Assembly: GCA_946965045.2 (NCBI GenBank)
Contig: OX337231.1
Span: forward strand, 2,604,001 to 2,668,000
Length of the DNA: 64,000 nt
Reading direction: 5' to 3'
Source: Epithemia pelagica
Lineage: Eukaryota; Protista; Bacillariophyta
Positions 50,901-62,336 of this stretch are shown here, in pieces. The position numbers and the translations under genes were made by a program. A model generated the notes under the pieces. The model was not told where the DNA came from. It saw nothing but the letters and a program-made list of their open reading frames with translations, and searched no databases. Within the stretch, counting starts at the first letter, position 1; each line of letters begins with the position of its first letter.

Positions 50901-53900
50901 CCCTTCCATCATGAGACCAATGGACTCCAATGCAATTCTGACACTTGCTCCATTCTTATTTAGCATTAACAGAAAGCATCATGCAGGTTCATTACAAGCG
51001 ATGCCATGGACAAGCATTTGTATAGCTACGTACTGTGGACCAATTTCTTGTGGTCCGTGGCACACTGAAATGGCCATTTTTTTCGACCCCTTCCATCATG
51101 AGACCAATGGACTCCAATGCAATTCTGACACTTGCTCCACTCTTATTTACCAATATCAGAAAACCTCATGCAAGTTCATTACAAACGATGCCATGGACAA
51201 GCATTTGTATAGCTACGTACTGTGGACCAAGTTCTTGTGGTCCGTGGCACACTGAAATGGCCATCTTTTCAAAGCCCTTCTACCATGAGACCAATGGACT
51301 CCAATGCAATTCTGACACTTGCTCCTTTCTTATTAACCAATAACAGAAGGCATCATGCAGGTTCATTACAAGCGACATCATGGACAAGCATTTGTATAGC
51401 TACGTACTGTGGACCAATTTCTTGTGGTCCGTGGCACACTGAAATGGTCATCTTTTTGAAACCCTTCCATCATGAGACCAATGGACTCCAATGCAATTCT
51501 GACACTTGCTCCATTTTTATTTGGCAATAACGAAAGCATCATGCAATGTACAAGCGATGCCATGAACAAGCATTTGTATAGCTACGTACTGTGGACCAAT
51601 TTCTTGTGGTCCGTGGCACACTTAAATGGCCATCTTTTTGAAACCCTTCCATTATGAGACCAATGGACTCCAATGCAATTCTGACACTTGCTCCATTTTT
51701 ATTTGGCAATAACAAAAAGCATCATGCAGGTTCATTACAAGCAATGCCATGGACAAACATTTGTATAGCTACGTACTGTGGACCAATTTCTTGTGGTCCG
51801 TGGCACACTGAAATGGCCATCTTTTTCGAGCCCTTCTATCATGAGACCAATGGACTCGAATGCAATTCTGACACCTGCTCTATTTTCCTTTGGCAATAAC
51901 AGAAAGCATCGTGCAGTTTCATTACAAGCGATGCCATGGACAAGCATTTGTATAGCTACGTACTGTGGACCAATTTCTTGTGGTCCGTGGCACACTGAAA
52001 TGGCCATTTATTCGACCCCTTCCATCATGAGACCAATGGACTCCAATGCAATTCTGACACTTGCTCCCCTCTTATTTAGCATTAACAGAAAGGATCATGC
52101 AGGTTCATTACAAGCGATGCCATGGACGAGCATTTGTATAGCTACGTACTGTGGACCAATTTCTTGTGGTCCGTGGCACACTGAAATGTCCATCTTTTTC
52201 GAGCCCTTCCATCATGAGACCAATGGACTCCAATGCAATTCTGACACTTGCTCCATTCTTATTTAGCATTCACAGAAAGCATCATGCAGGTTAATTGCAA
52301 GCGATGCCATGGACAAGCATTTGTATAGCTACGTACTGTGGACCAATTTCTTGTGGTCCGTGGCACACTGAAATGGCCATTTTTTTCGACCTCTTCCATC
52401 ATGAGACCAATGGACTCCAATGCAATTCTGACACTTGCTCCATTCTTATTTACCAATAACAGAAAGCATCATGCAGGTAAATTACAAGCGACATCATGGA
52501 CAAGCATTTGTATAGCTACGTACTGTGGACCAAGTTCTTGTGGTCCGTGGCACACTGAAATGGCCATCTTTTTTGAGCCCTTCCATCATGAGACCAATGG
52601 ACGCCAATGCAATTCTGACACCTGCTCCATTCTTATTTAGCTTTAACAGACAGCATCATGCAGGTTACTTACAAGCGACATCATGGACAAGCATTTGTAT
52701 AGCTACGTACTGTGGACCAATTTCTTGTGGTCCGTGGCACACTGAAATGGCCATCTTTTTCAAGCCCTTCCATCATGAGACCAATGGACTCCAATGAAAT
52801 TCTGACACTTGCTCCATTCTTATTTAGCCTTAACAGAAAGCATCATGCAAGTTCATTACAAGCGATGCCATTGACAAGCATTTTTATAGCTACGTACTGT
52901 GGACCAATTTCTTGTGGTCCGTGGCACACTGAAATGGCCATCTTTTTCGACCCCTTCCATCATGAGACCAATGGACTCCAATGCATTTCTGACACTTGCT
53001 CCATTCTTATTTACCAATAACAGAAAGCATCATGCAGGTTCATTACAAGCGATGCCATTGACAAGCATTTGTATAACTACGTACTGTGGACCAATTTCTT
53101 GTGGTCAGTGGCACACTGAAATGGCCATCTTTTTTAAGTCCTTCCATCATGAGACCAATGGACTCCAATGCGATTCTGACACTTGCTCCATTCTTATTTA
53201 GCATTAATAGAAAGCATCATGCAGGTTAATTACAAGCGACATCATGGACAAGCATTTGTATAGCTACGTACTGTGGACCAATTTCTTGTGGTCCGTGGCA
53301 CACTGAAATGTCCATCTTTTTCGAGCCCTTCCATCATGAGACCAATGGACTCCAATGCAATTCTGACACTTGCTCCATTCTTATTTAGCATTCACAGAAA
53401 GCATCATGCAGGTTAATTGCAAGCGATGCCATGGACAAGCATTTGTATAGCTACGTACTGTGGACCAATTTCTTGTGGTCCGTGGCACACTGAAATGGCC
53501 ATTTTTTTCGACCTCTTCCATCATGAGACCAATGGACTCCAATGCAATTCTGACACTTGCTCCATTCTTATTTACCAATAACAGAAAGCATCATGCAGGT
53601 AAATTACAAGCGACATCATGGACAAGCATTTGTATAGCTACGTACTGTGGACCAATTTCTTGTGGTCCGTGGCACACTGAAATGGCCATCTTTTTTGAGC
53701 CCTTCCATCATGAGACCAATGGACGCCAATGCAATTCTGACACCTGCTCCATTCTTATTTAGCTTTAACAGACAGCATCATGCAGGTTACTTACAAGCGA
53801 CATCATGGACAAGCATTTGTATAGCTACGTACTGTGGACCAATTTCTTGTGGTCCGTGGCACACTGAAATGGCCATCTTTTTCAAGCCCTTCCATCATGA

Positions 53901-56900
53901 GACCAATGGACTCCAATGAAATTCTGACACTTGCTCCATTCTTATTTAGCCTTAACAGAAAGCATCATGCAAGTTCATTACAAGCGACATCATGGACAAG
54001 CATTTGTATAGCTACGTACTGTGGACCAATTTCTTGTGGTCCGTGGCACACTGAAATGGCCATCTTTTTCGACCCCTTCCATCATGAGACCAATGGACTC
54101 CAATGCATTTCTGACACTTGCTCCATTCTTATTTACCAATAACAGAAAGCATCATGCAGGTTCATTACAAGCGATGCCATTGACAAGCATTTGTATAACT
54201 ACGTACTGTGGACCAATTTCTTGTGGTCAGTGGCACACTGAAATGGCCATCTTTTTTAAGTCCTTCCATCATGAGACCAATGGACTCCAATGCGATTCTG
54301 ACACTTGCTCCATTCTTATTTAGCATTAACAGAAAGCTTCATGCAGGTTAATTACAAGCATCATCATGGACAAGCATTTGTATAGCTACGTACTGTGGAC
54401 CAATTTCTTGTGGTCCGTGGCACACTTAAATGGCCATCTTTTTCGAGCCCTTCCATCATGAGACCAATGGACTCCAATGCAATTCTGACACCTGCTCCAT
54501 TCTTACTGAGCATTAATAGAAAGCAACATGCAGGTAAATTACAAGCGACATCATTGACAAGCATTTGTATAGCTACGTACTGTGGACCAATTTCTTGTTG
54601 TCCGTGGCACACTGAAATGGCCAATTTTTTGACCCCTTCCATCATGAGACCAATGGACTCCAATGCAATTCGGACACTTGCTCCATTCTTATTTGCCAAT
54701 AACAATAAGCATCATGCAGGTTAATTACAAGCGATGCCATGGACAAGCATTTGTATAGCTACGCACTGTGGACCAATTTCTTGTGGTCCGTGGCACACTG
54801 AAATGGCCATCTTTTTCGACCCCTTCCATCATGAGACCAATGGACTCCAATGCAATTCTGACACTTGCTCCATTCTTATTTAGCATTAACAGAAAGCATC
54901 ATGCAGTTTCATTACAAGCGATGCCATTGACAAGCATTTGTATAGCTACGGACTGTGGATCAATTTCTTGTGGTCCGTGGCACACTGAAATGGCCATCTT
55001 TTCAAAGCCCTTCCATCATGAGACCCATGGACTCCAATGCAATTCTGACACATTCACCATTTTTATATGGCAATAACAGAAGGCATCATGCAGGTTCAAT
55101 ACAAGGGACGTCATGGACAAGCATTTGTATAGCTATGTACTGTGGACCAATTTCTTGTGGTCCGTGGCACACTGAAATGGCCATCTTTTTCGAGCCCTTC
55201 TATCATGAGACCAATGGACTCCAATGCAATTCTGACACCTGCTCTATTTTCCTTTGGCAATAACAGAAAGCATCGTGCAGTTTCATTACAAGCGATGCCA
55301 TGGACAAGCATTTGTATAGCTACGTACTGTGGACCAATTTCTTGTGGTCCGTGGCACACTGAAATGGCCATTTATTCGACCCCTTCCATCATGAGACCAA
55401 TGGACTCCAATGCAATTCTGACACTTGCTCCATTCTTTTTTAGCATTAACAGAAAGCATCATGCAGGTTCATTACAAGCGATGCCATGGACAAGCATTTG
55501 TATAGCTACGTACTGTGGACCAATTTCTTGTGGTCCGTGGCACACTGGAATGGCCATTTTTTTCCATCTTTTTCAAGCCCTTCCATCATGAGACCAATGG
55601 ACTCCAATGCAATTCTGACACTTGCTCCATTCTTATTTAGCATTAACAGAAAGCATCATGCAGGTTAATTACAAGCGACATCATGGACAAGCATTTGTAT
55701 AGCTACGTACTGTGGACCAATTTCTTGTGGTCCGTGGCACACTGAAATGGCCATCTTTTTCGAGCCCTTCCATCATGAGACCAATGGACTCCAATGCAAT
55801 TCTGACACCTGCTCCATTCTTATTGAGCATTAATAGAAAGCAACATGCAGGTTAATTACAAGCGACATCATTGACAAGCATTTGTATAGCTACGTACTGT
55901 GGACCAATTTCTTGTTGTCCGTGGCACACTGAAATGGCCATTTTTTTCGACCCCTTCCATCATGAGACCAATGGACTCCAATGCAATTCGGACACTTCCT
56001 CCATTCTTATTTGCCAATAACAATAAGCATCATGCAGGTTCATTACAAGCGATGCCATGGACAAGCATTTGTATAGCTACGTACTGTGGACCAATTTCTT
56101 GTGGTCCGTGGCACACTGAAATGGCCATCTTTTTCAAGCCCTTCCATCATGAGACCAATGGACTCCAATGCAATTCTGACACATTCACCATTTTTATATG
56201 GCAATAACAGAAGGCATCATGCAGGTTCATTACAAGGGACATCATGGACAAGCATTTGTATAGCTACGTACTGTGGACCAATTTCTTGTGGTCCGTGGCA
56301 CACTGAAATGGCCATCTTTTTCAAGCCCTTCCATCATGAGACCAATGGACTCCAATGCAATTCTGACACTTGCTCCATTCTTATATAGCATTAAAAGAAA
56401 GCATCATGCAGGTTAATTATAAGCGATGCCATGAACAAGCATTTGTATAGCTACGTACTGTGGACCAATTTCTTGTGGTCCGTTGCACTCTTTAATGGCC
56501 ATCTTTTTCAAGCCCTTCCATCATGAGACCAATGGACTCCAATGCAATTCTGACACTTGCTCCATTCTAATTTAGCATTAACAGAAAGCATCATGCAGGT
56601 TAATTACAAGCGATGCCATGGACAAGCATTTGTATAGCTACGTACTGTGGACCAATTTCTTGTGGTCCGTGGCACACTGAAATGGCCATTTTTTTCGACC
56701 CCTTCCATCATGAGACCAATGGACTCCAATGCAATTCTGACACTTGCTATATTTTCATTTGGCAATAACAGAAAGCATCGTGCAGTTTCATTATAAGCGA
56801 CATCATGGACAAGCATTTTTATAGCTACGTACTGTGGACCAATTTCTTGTGGTCCGTGGCACACTTAAATGGCCATCTTTTCGACCCCTTCCATCATGAG

Positions 56901-57617
56901 ACCAATGGACTCCAATGCAATTCTGACACTTGCTCCATTTTTATTTGTCAAGGACAGAATGCATCATGCAGTTTCATTACAAGCGACATCATGGACAAGC
57001 ATTTGTATAACTACTTACTGTGGACCAGTTTCTTGTGGTCCGTGGCACACTGAAATGGCCATCTTTTTCAAGCCCTTCCATCATGAGACCAATGGACTCA
57101 AATCCAAGTCTGACACTTGCTCCATTCTTATTTGGCAATAACAGAAAGCATCATGCAGGTGAATTACAAGCGACGTCATGGACAAGCATTTGTATAGCTA
57201 CGTACTGTGGAGCAGTTTCTTGTGGTCCGTGGCACACTGAAATGGCCATCTTTTTCAAGCCTTTCCATCATGAGACCAATGGACTCAAATCCAAGTCTGA
57301 CACTTGCTCCATTCTTATTTGGCAATAACAGAAAGCATCATGCAGGTGAATTACAAGCGACGTCATGGACAAGCATTTGTATAGCTACGTACTGTGGAGC
57401 AGTTTCTTGTGGTCCGTGGCACACTGAAATGGCCATCTTTTTCAAGCCTTTCCATCAAGAGACCGATTGACTCCAATCCAATTCTGACACTTGCTCCATT
57501 TGTATTTGGCAATAGCAGAAAGCATCATGGAGTTTCATAACAAGTGATTCCATGGACAATTGTTGGTATGCTTACGGATCCTGGACCATTTTCTTGTGGT
57601 CAGTGGCACATTGAAAT
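29961..57617 (+). repeat. 187-bp tandem satellite array, ~27.7 kb, about 148 head-to-tail monomers with higher-order repeats
   Basis: Consensus GTACTGTGGACCAATTTCTTGTGGTCCGTGGCACACTGAAATGGCCATCTTTTTCAAGCCCTTCCATCATGAGACCAATGGACTCCAATGCAATTCTGACACTTGCTCCATTCTTATTTAGCATTAACAGAAAGCATCATGCAGGTTCATTACAAGCGATGCCATGGACAAGCATTTGTATAGCTAC (187 nt, ~43% GC). The 187-bp period is also visible in ORF-track offsets (e.g. 31232 to 31419). Confidence 0.99.
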
Positions 57618-58654
57618 AAAGGATTGTTCATGGATTCAATTCTAATAACTACGGAGTTGCTGCTTAGAGCTAGTTATCATTCATGGGGACATTGATTGTC
57701 TTTTTCCTGGTATAATGCACAGTCACCTTTGAAGGCACTAGCTATCTCTAGTCTAGCTCTACTAGGAGTAGCTATCAACAGTTGGTCAGGTCAAATAACC
57801 TATCTGCGATTGCATTAGTTCTTCCTGATACTCCTACTTAGTCACAAAACAGAAGTTTCTTACGTGTGCGTTGTGCGGTGTTGTCTTCGCTGGAGAGAGA
57901 AAGACAGAGTGCAGGAATAAGATCTGAGGTGACTGGTGGTCTGTCCATTGTCTGTGTCTGGCCCAGTCCCTATGTTCATCCAAATCCCGTGACCATCCAT
58001 CTCCTCGCACTATCTTTCCCATTTTAGTACTATTATACCAATAGTACCTGTGCTTTCCCATTTTGAATTTCCGATTTCATGATCGGTTCTGAACTTGTGA
58101 TTGGCTTGTTTGTTGCCAATGTCTCTTCTCATTGGCCCCTTTCTTGGCACCTCCATCGAACCTACTCTCTTCTGGATACAAAATCCATCCAGCCACCATA
58201 ACATTTGCTGCACCGACCAGTTCCAGTCAATGCCACGGAATGAAGGGATAGAGGATGTGGATGTGGGAGAATCACACGTACAACTTGATCAAGTTCCCAT
58301 TATTTTTTGAAGCAGGCCCATTGGTTCAGTCTTTGGGGTTGCAACCACATCGTAACACGTCTATTTCGTGGCCCAGTTTTTTTTCAAACAAGGGACACGT
58401 CAACCAGGTCTTCAGTTGAGGTGCCAGGAGCCTATTTATTGGCAATTGTTTGTGGGAGCTGAAAAGGTGCAGTAATAGGTTCCCAGCAGCAGTTGATTCA
58501 CCCTTCAGCTTTGCTTGTGTTTTGGGTTGTCGCAGCCTACTTGTCTTCTTGAACCATCAGGCCCAACCACAGTAACACTTGTGTTGTACCGAAGCAAGTT
58601 GGTACCGCCATAAGCCAGACCTTTGACAACATCAGTCACATTGAGCCCCTTGAA

Positions 58655-59536
58655 ATGAAATCAGAAATGGTAGAGAGAAACCATTGTTTTGGTATAGACA
58701 AGCAGTTCAGCCCACCTTGCCAACCATCAAACCCTCGCACGGGATCTCAATGCCTCATTCCACTTGATTTTGAGAATCAGAGCATCTCAAATTCATTCAT
58801 GACAGCTGAACAAGAGTTTTCTGACGGGAATTATGTCATGCCAATTTTGCCACGGCCATTTCAGCTACCCCAGGCTTTCTCATCGACCAAGAGTCGAGTG
58901 GGTATCATGTTTCTTTCTCATGATTTTGTCTCTGAAATGGATGCCGGACAAATGGGGAGTCTTCATCTTGTTCATCCCTCCTATGAGAGCAATTGTGTTG
59001 GCTCAGTTTATCCCCCTGACAAGTCACAGAAAAAACCAGAAGCACGTTCCCGATCACATTTGTGTTGGCAAGAATCCAACACGAAGAAGTCAAAAGCTAA
59101 GACAAAAATTTACCACCACAAGTGCAAGTCTCCAAAGGTGAATGAAAAAGCTTCACCCAGGCCTGGTGGTAGCATACAAATTGGCGTAAATGATGCTGTC
59201 TTTGGTCGTGGTGGAGAAGCGAACAAGCTAAGGAAGTCATTAAAGCTGTTTGGGTCTTTAATCGACCAGCACAGCATTTCCTACAGTGCTTCAGACAATG
59301 TGGAAAAGAAACGAATCGTCATGGAAATTATTCATGATGTAGAACAAGCTGGGGGGCAATTTTTTGTTTTACAGAAGGGAGAGTTGCTTCAAACATGCAA
59401 CTCTCACCTGATCCAAACCAAAATCCGACAAAAGCTCCGAGACAACAATTTACTTCCAAGGAAGAAGAGGGGATACAGGTGCAAAAAGGACACCGAATGC
59501 GGTTGCAGTTGCTCTGTTCAGGTTCATTGTTTATGA
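58655..59536 (+). CDS. Hypothetical protein with a C-terminal DUF6824-like domain (diatom-expanded family)
   Basis: DAVFGRGGEAN...FGSLIDQHSISY...EKKRIVMEIIHDVEQAGGQFF...TKIRQKLRD follows the DVLxGRG...GRFL...EKxSQALR pattern of DUF6824, though diverged. The N-terminal half and start codon are uncertain. Confidence 0.6.
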   Translation: MKSEMVERNHCFGIDKQFSPPCQPSNPRTGSQCLIPLDFENQSISNSFMTAEQEFSDGNYVMPILPRPFQLPQAFSSTKSRVGIMFLSHDFVSEMDAGQMGSLHLVHPSYESNCVGSVYPPDKSQKKPEARSRSHLCWQESNTKKSKAKTKIYHHKCKSPKVNEKASPRPGGSIQIGVNDAVFGRGGEANKLRKSLKLFGSLIDQHSISYSASDNVEKKRIVMEIIHDVEQAGGQFFVLQKGELLQTCNSHLIQTKIRQKLRDNNLLPRKKRGYRCKKDTECGCSCSVQVHCL

Positions 59537-59691
59537 TCTTCATGCACATCATAAACACTGCCCCATGCTAGTTCTCTTTTTAGACTTTCGATGCCTTTTG
59601 TTTTTAACAGTACACCTTAGATAATACACCATGAACTCTCTCATCTAAGAGAAGTTAGATCCTAGGCCCTATTCCTCTTCCTTTGTAGAGC

Positions 59692-59950
59692 ATCCAACTT
59701 AGTCTGATACCCGGAGCGTAGAAACCTCTGCATTGACTCAGGGTTGGAACAGAGGCTCCACCTCATTAGATTGTTGCCAGTGGTGGAAAGAGAACATCAA
59801 AATCACATACTCGTAGTATCCAACTTAGTCGGCTACCTGGAGCTTAGAAACCTCTGCATTGACTCAAGGTTGGAACAGAGGCACCTCCTCATAAGAAAAA
59901 AATTAGATTATTGCCAGTGGTGGAAAGAGAACATCAAAATCACATACTCG
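59692..59950. repeat. Imperfect tandem duplication: two copies (122 and 133 bp), period 126 bp
   Basis: ATCCAACTTAGTC...AGAAACCTCTGCATTGACTCA.GGTTGGAACAGAGGC...TTGCCAGTGGTGGAAAGAGAACATCAAAATCACATACTCG at 59692-59813 and 59818-59950. Confidence 0.9.
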
Positions 59951-60218
59951 GAGGGTCTCTTGGCCGCATGCGTGCCTGGAATCTTGTAAGGAGAAATTGG
60001 AGGATGAGATAATATCTATTTGTAGCTTGTCGATGGACATCAATTCGGCTTGAGCAGTGAGCACGGCGAAGTCCCAAAATTCCAATAGCCATAACTATGT
60101 CCATTGTCCATCTATCAAAAAAGTCCAATTTGTATCATGGGGCAGGCGTAGCTCTATGGTATATCCAGTTCCAAATAAAGATCTTGTTACGGTACTTGGT
60201 GTTGAAGTCTTCACGTCT

Positions 60219-62336
60219 TCACTCATCGTCGTCGCTGTCCAAATCCGAATCATCGTCTTGAGCCATTTTCTTCTGTTGCTCTTTCCATTTGGCAGCCATT
60301 TCCAAAATCTTAAAGTTCCCGGCAGCCGCCTCATCGTTGGCATCGTCTGGGAATTGATAATCAAAGTATTCTTCCCATCCACCCTCATCACGGGGACGTT
60401 TGCGCTTGATGCGACGGGGCATTTTGGCTTCTACTGCCTCCACGGCTTGGGCAGCCGCCGTGGCATCCGTCGCTGTAGCTTGTGCAGTCTTTTCCAGGGC
60501 CCTCCATTCGTCCAACAAAATGACCCGTTCATCCTTGAGTCCTTGTGCCTTTAACTGATCGTAACCACGCTGTAATACACGACGAGCTGCTTCCAAACCC
60601 TTGCCACCCAAACGCTGCGTCGCTTCAAACTGTGCCCATGAGATCCAGACCTTGACGTGCGCCGTCTTTTCCAACAGTCGCTGGTAGAGTTGCCGGGCTC
60701 GATCGGCTTCTCCTTCGTCAATTTCAAAGTCAATGTAGCCTTTCCACAAGAGTTCTGGCATATCCAAGGCTGGCTGGGCAACGGCCAGCTCGTACAAGGC
60801 ACGACACCGGTCCGTTTCGCCCACCGCCTTTTCCAGTTGCGCGTATTTGGACCAGGCCTGACAATTGTGTGGCATGGCCTTGAGATAGTTGTTGTACAAG
60901 GTCCGACATCGCTCGACTTCACCCAGTGCCAATTCCATGGCAATGTAAGCAATATAAATTTTTTCCTTGCCGCACATTCCAAGAGCCTTGCCCAAGAGTT
61001 TGCGTGCCGCGGTCAAGTCCTTGCGTCGCACATGCAACTGAGCGGCCAAGATCCAAATTTTGGCAAAACTAAAGGTTTCGTGCGGAATCAAAGACAGACA
61101 GGTTCGATACACTTGTGCCGCGCGATCCAAGTCACGATTGGTCATTTCTTCGTACACGGCATAGTAGATCCAGAGATAAATATATCGTCGCCAATCATCC
61201 TTCATGTTGGACGGAGGTACTTGCGCCACGGCTTGTTCGTAAATGTCTCGCACGATGGCAGGAGTCGGCGAGGGTGCTTCTTCCTCCATTTTCGCCCATT
61301 CAAACCAACCATCGTAATCGAAAGGATCCATCTCCATACGTTTCTTATATTGCGCTCGTTGTTTTGTGAGAACCAACTGCTCAATGCCCTCTCGGTCTCC
61401 GTGTTTCTTTTCAAAGCTGATGTAGGCTTTATACAGTTCGTCTCGCTTGGACTTTTCATAGTCTGATGTCACAGCATCTTCACTGTCACGGTTGTCTTCA
61501 CCGAGTTTGAGAAGATCGACGGCATGTCGATAAATGACCCTTGCTCGTTCGTGTTCTCCCTGTCGTTCTTCAAAGGACGCAAATTGCATAAAGACCCGAG
61601 CTTGTTTGACTTCTTCGGGTGGGAGTTCCGAAAGGGTGGCTTCGAAAATGGTTCGTGCCAAGGGTATTTGCTTGGCTTCGTATTCGGCCCATTTGGCAAA
61701 CCGCAAAAAGGAGCGTGCCGAAGGATAGGTATTGACATAGGTTCGCAAGACGGCTTGTGCTCTATCGAGGCCATCCGTGGCATGACGCGTTTCAAAGCGG
61801 GCAAAGGACAACCACGCATTGTCGTCCGGTTGCCATTTCATCCATCGTTCAAAGACGGCACGACATTTGGGGATATCACCGACGGTTTCCTCCAAAAAGA
61901 CATATTTGTACCACAAGAAATCGACCCGAGGAAGCAATTGGACAGCTCGGTCCAGAACATTCCGGGCATGATTGACAAATTCATTTCGCAATTCAAATTC
62001 GGCGTAGCGCAACCATAATTCCGAGGATCGATGATCGACTTCGAGGGATCGTTCGAAGATGGATCGGGCTCGTTCGTATTCTTTGTTGTCCTCTTCAAAT
62101 CGCGCATATTTGACCCAATTGCCAATATGCTCACGACGATATCGAATATTGTCTTCAAAATGTTTCCGTCGATCCCTCAAGTGCGCTTGGTATTCCTCGG
62201 CATCATGGATCTTGACAATGGGTTCCGGAACGTGAGCCTCTTGACGATCGGCCGCCTCCCGCAAAATTTGCTCGGACGAAATCTGAATCGCCGCCGGAGC
62301 GCGGTTCTTAATTCGAGTTGCTGCCGTTCCAGACAT
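60219..62336 (-). CDS. CRNKL1: Pre-mRNA splicing factor crooked neck / CLF1 / SYF3 (HAT-repeat protein), 705 aa
   Basis: Diagnostic N-terminus IKNRAPAAIQISSEQILREA, FEDNIRYRREHIGNWVKYARFEE and RARSIFERSL. HAT repeats throughout; C-terminal WEEYFDYQFPDD...KILEMAAKWK. Confidence 0.97.
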   Translation of the reverse strand: MSGTAATRIKNRAPAAIQISSEQILREAADRQEAHVPEPIVKIHDAEEYQAHLRDRRKHFEDNIRYRREHIGNWVKYARFEEDNKEYERARSIFERSLEVDHRSSELWLRYAEFELRNEFVNHARNVLDRAVQLLPRVDFLWYKYVFLEETVGDIPKCRAVFERWMKWQPDDNAWLSFARFETRHATDGLDRAQAVLRTYVNTYPSARSFLRFAKWAEYEAKQIPLARTIFEATLSELPPEEVKQARVFMQFASFEERQGEHERARVIYRHAVDLLKLGEDNRDSEDAVTSDYEKSKRDELYKAYISFEKKHGDREGIEQLVLTKQRAQYKKRMEMDPFDYDGWFEWAKMEEEAPSPTPAIVRDIYEQAVAQVPPSNMKDDWRRYIYLWIYYAVYEEMTNRDLDRAAQVYRTCLSLIPHETFSFAKIWILAAQLHVRRKDLTAARKLLGKALGMCGKEKIYIAYIAMELALGEVERCRTLYNNYLKAMPHNCQAWSKYAQLEKAVGETDRCRALYELAVAQPALDMPELLWKGYIDFEIDEGEADRARQLYQRLLEKTAHVKVWISWAQFEATQRLGGKGLEAARRVLQRGYDQLKAQGLKDERVILLDEWRALEKTAQATATDATAAAQAVEAVEAKMPRRIKRKRPRDEGGWEEYFDYQFPDDANDEAAAGNFKILEMAAKWKEQQKKMAQDDDSDLDSDDDE

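Noticed and set aside
30035-57470. The many repeated ORFs (MDQFLVVRG..., MPWTSICIA...) as a gene family
   Set aside because: They are by-products of a 187-bp unit (not divisible by 3). Most start at GTG, stops and indels vary freely between copies, and no domain is recognisable.
29961-57617. CRISPR-like array (conserved repeat plus variable spacer)
   Set aside because: The variable segments are homologous alleles of one sequence, not unique spacers. The unit is 187 bp, there are no cas genes, and the genome is eukaryotic.
29961-57617. Tandem snRNA, 5S or spliced-leader RNA genes (U2-like length; AATTTCTTG resembles an Sm site; SNAPc gene nearby)
   Set aside because: No match to the conserved U1/U2/U5 or 5S sequences that I can recognise, and there is no spacer between units. 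The Sm-like motif is too short to count. An Rfam/Infernal search would settle it.
61910-61921. Origin of the satellite monomer from CRNKL1 coding sequence (shared 12-mer ATTTCTTGTGGT)
   Set aside because: Other short matches are not collinear, the orientation is opposite to the pseudogene fragment, and a single 12-mer is compatible with chance.
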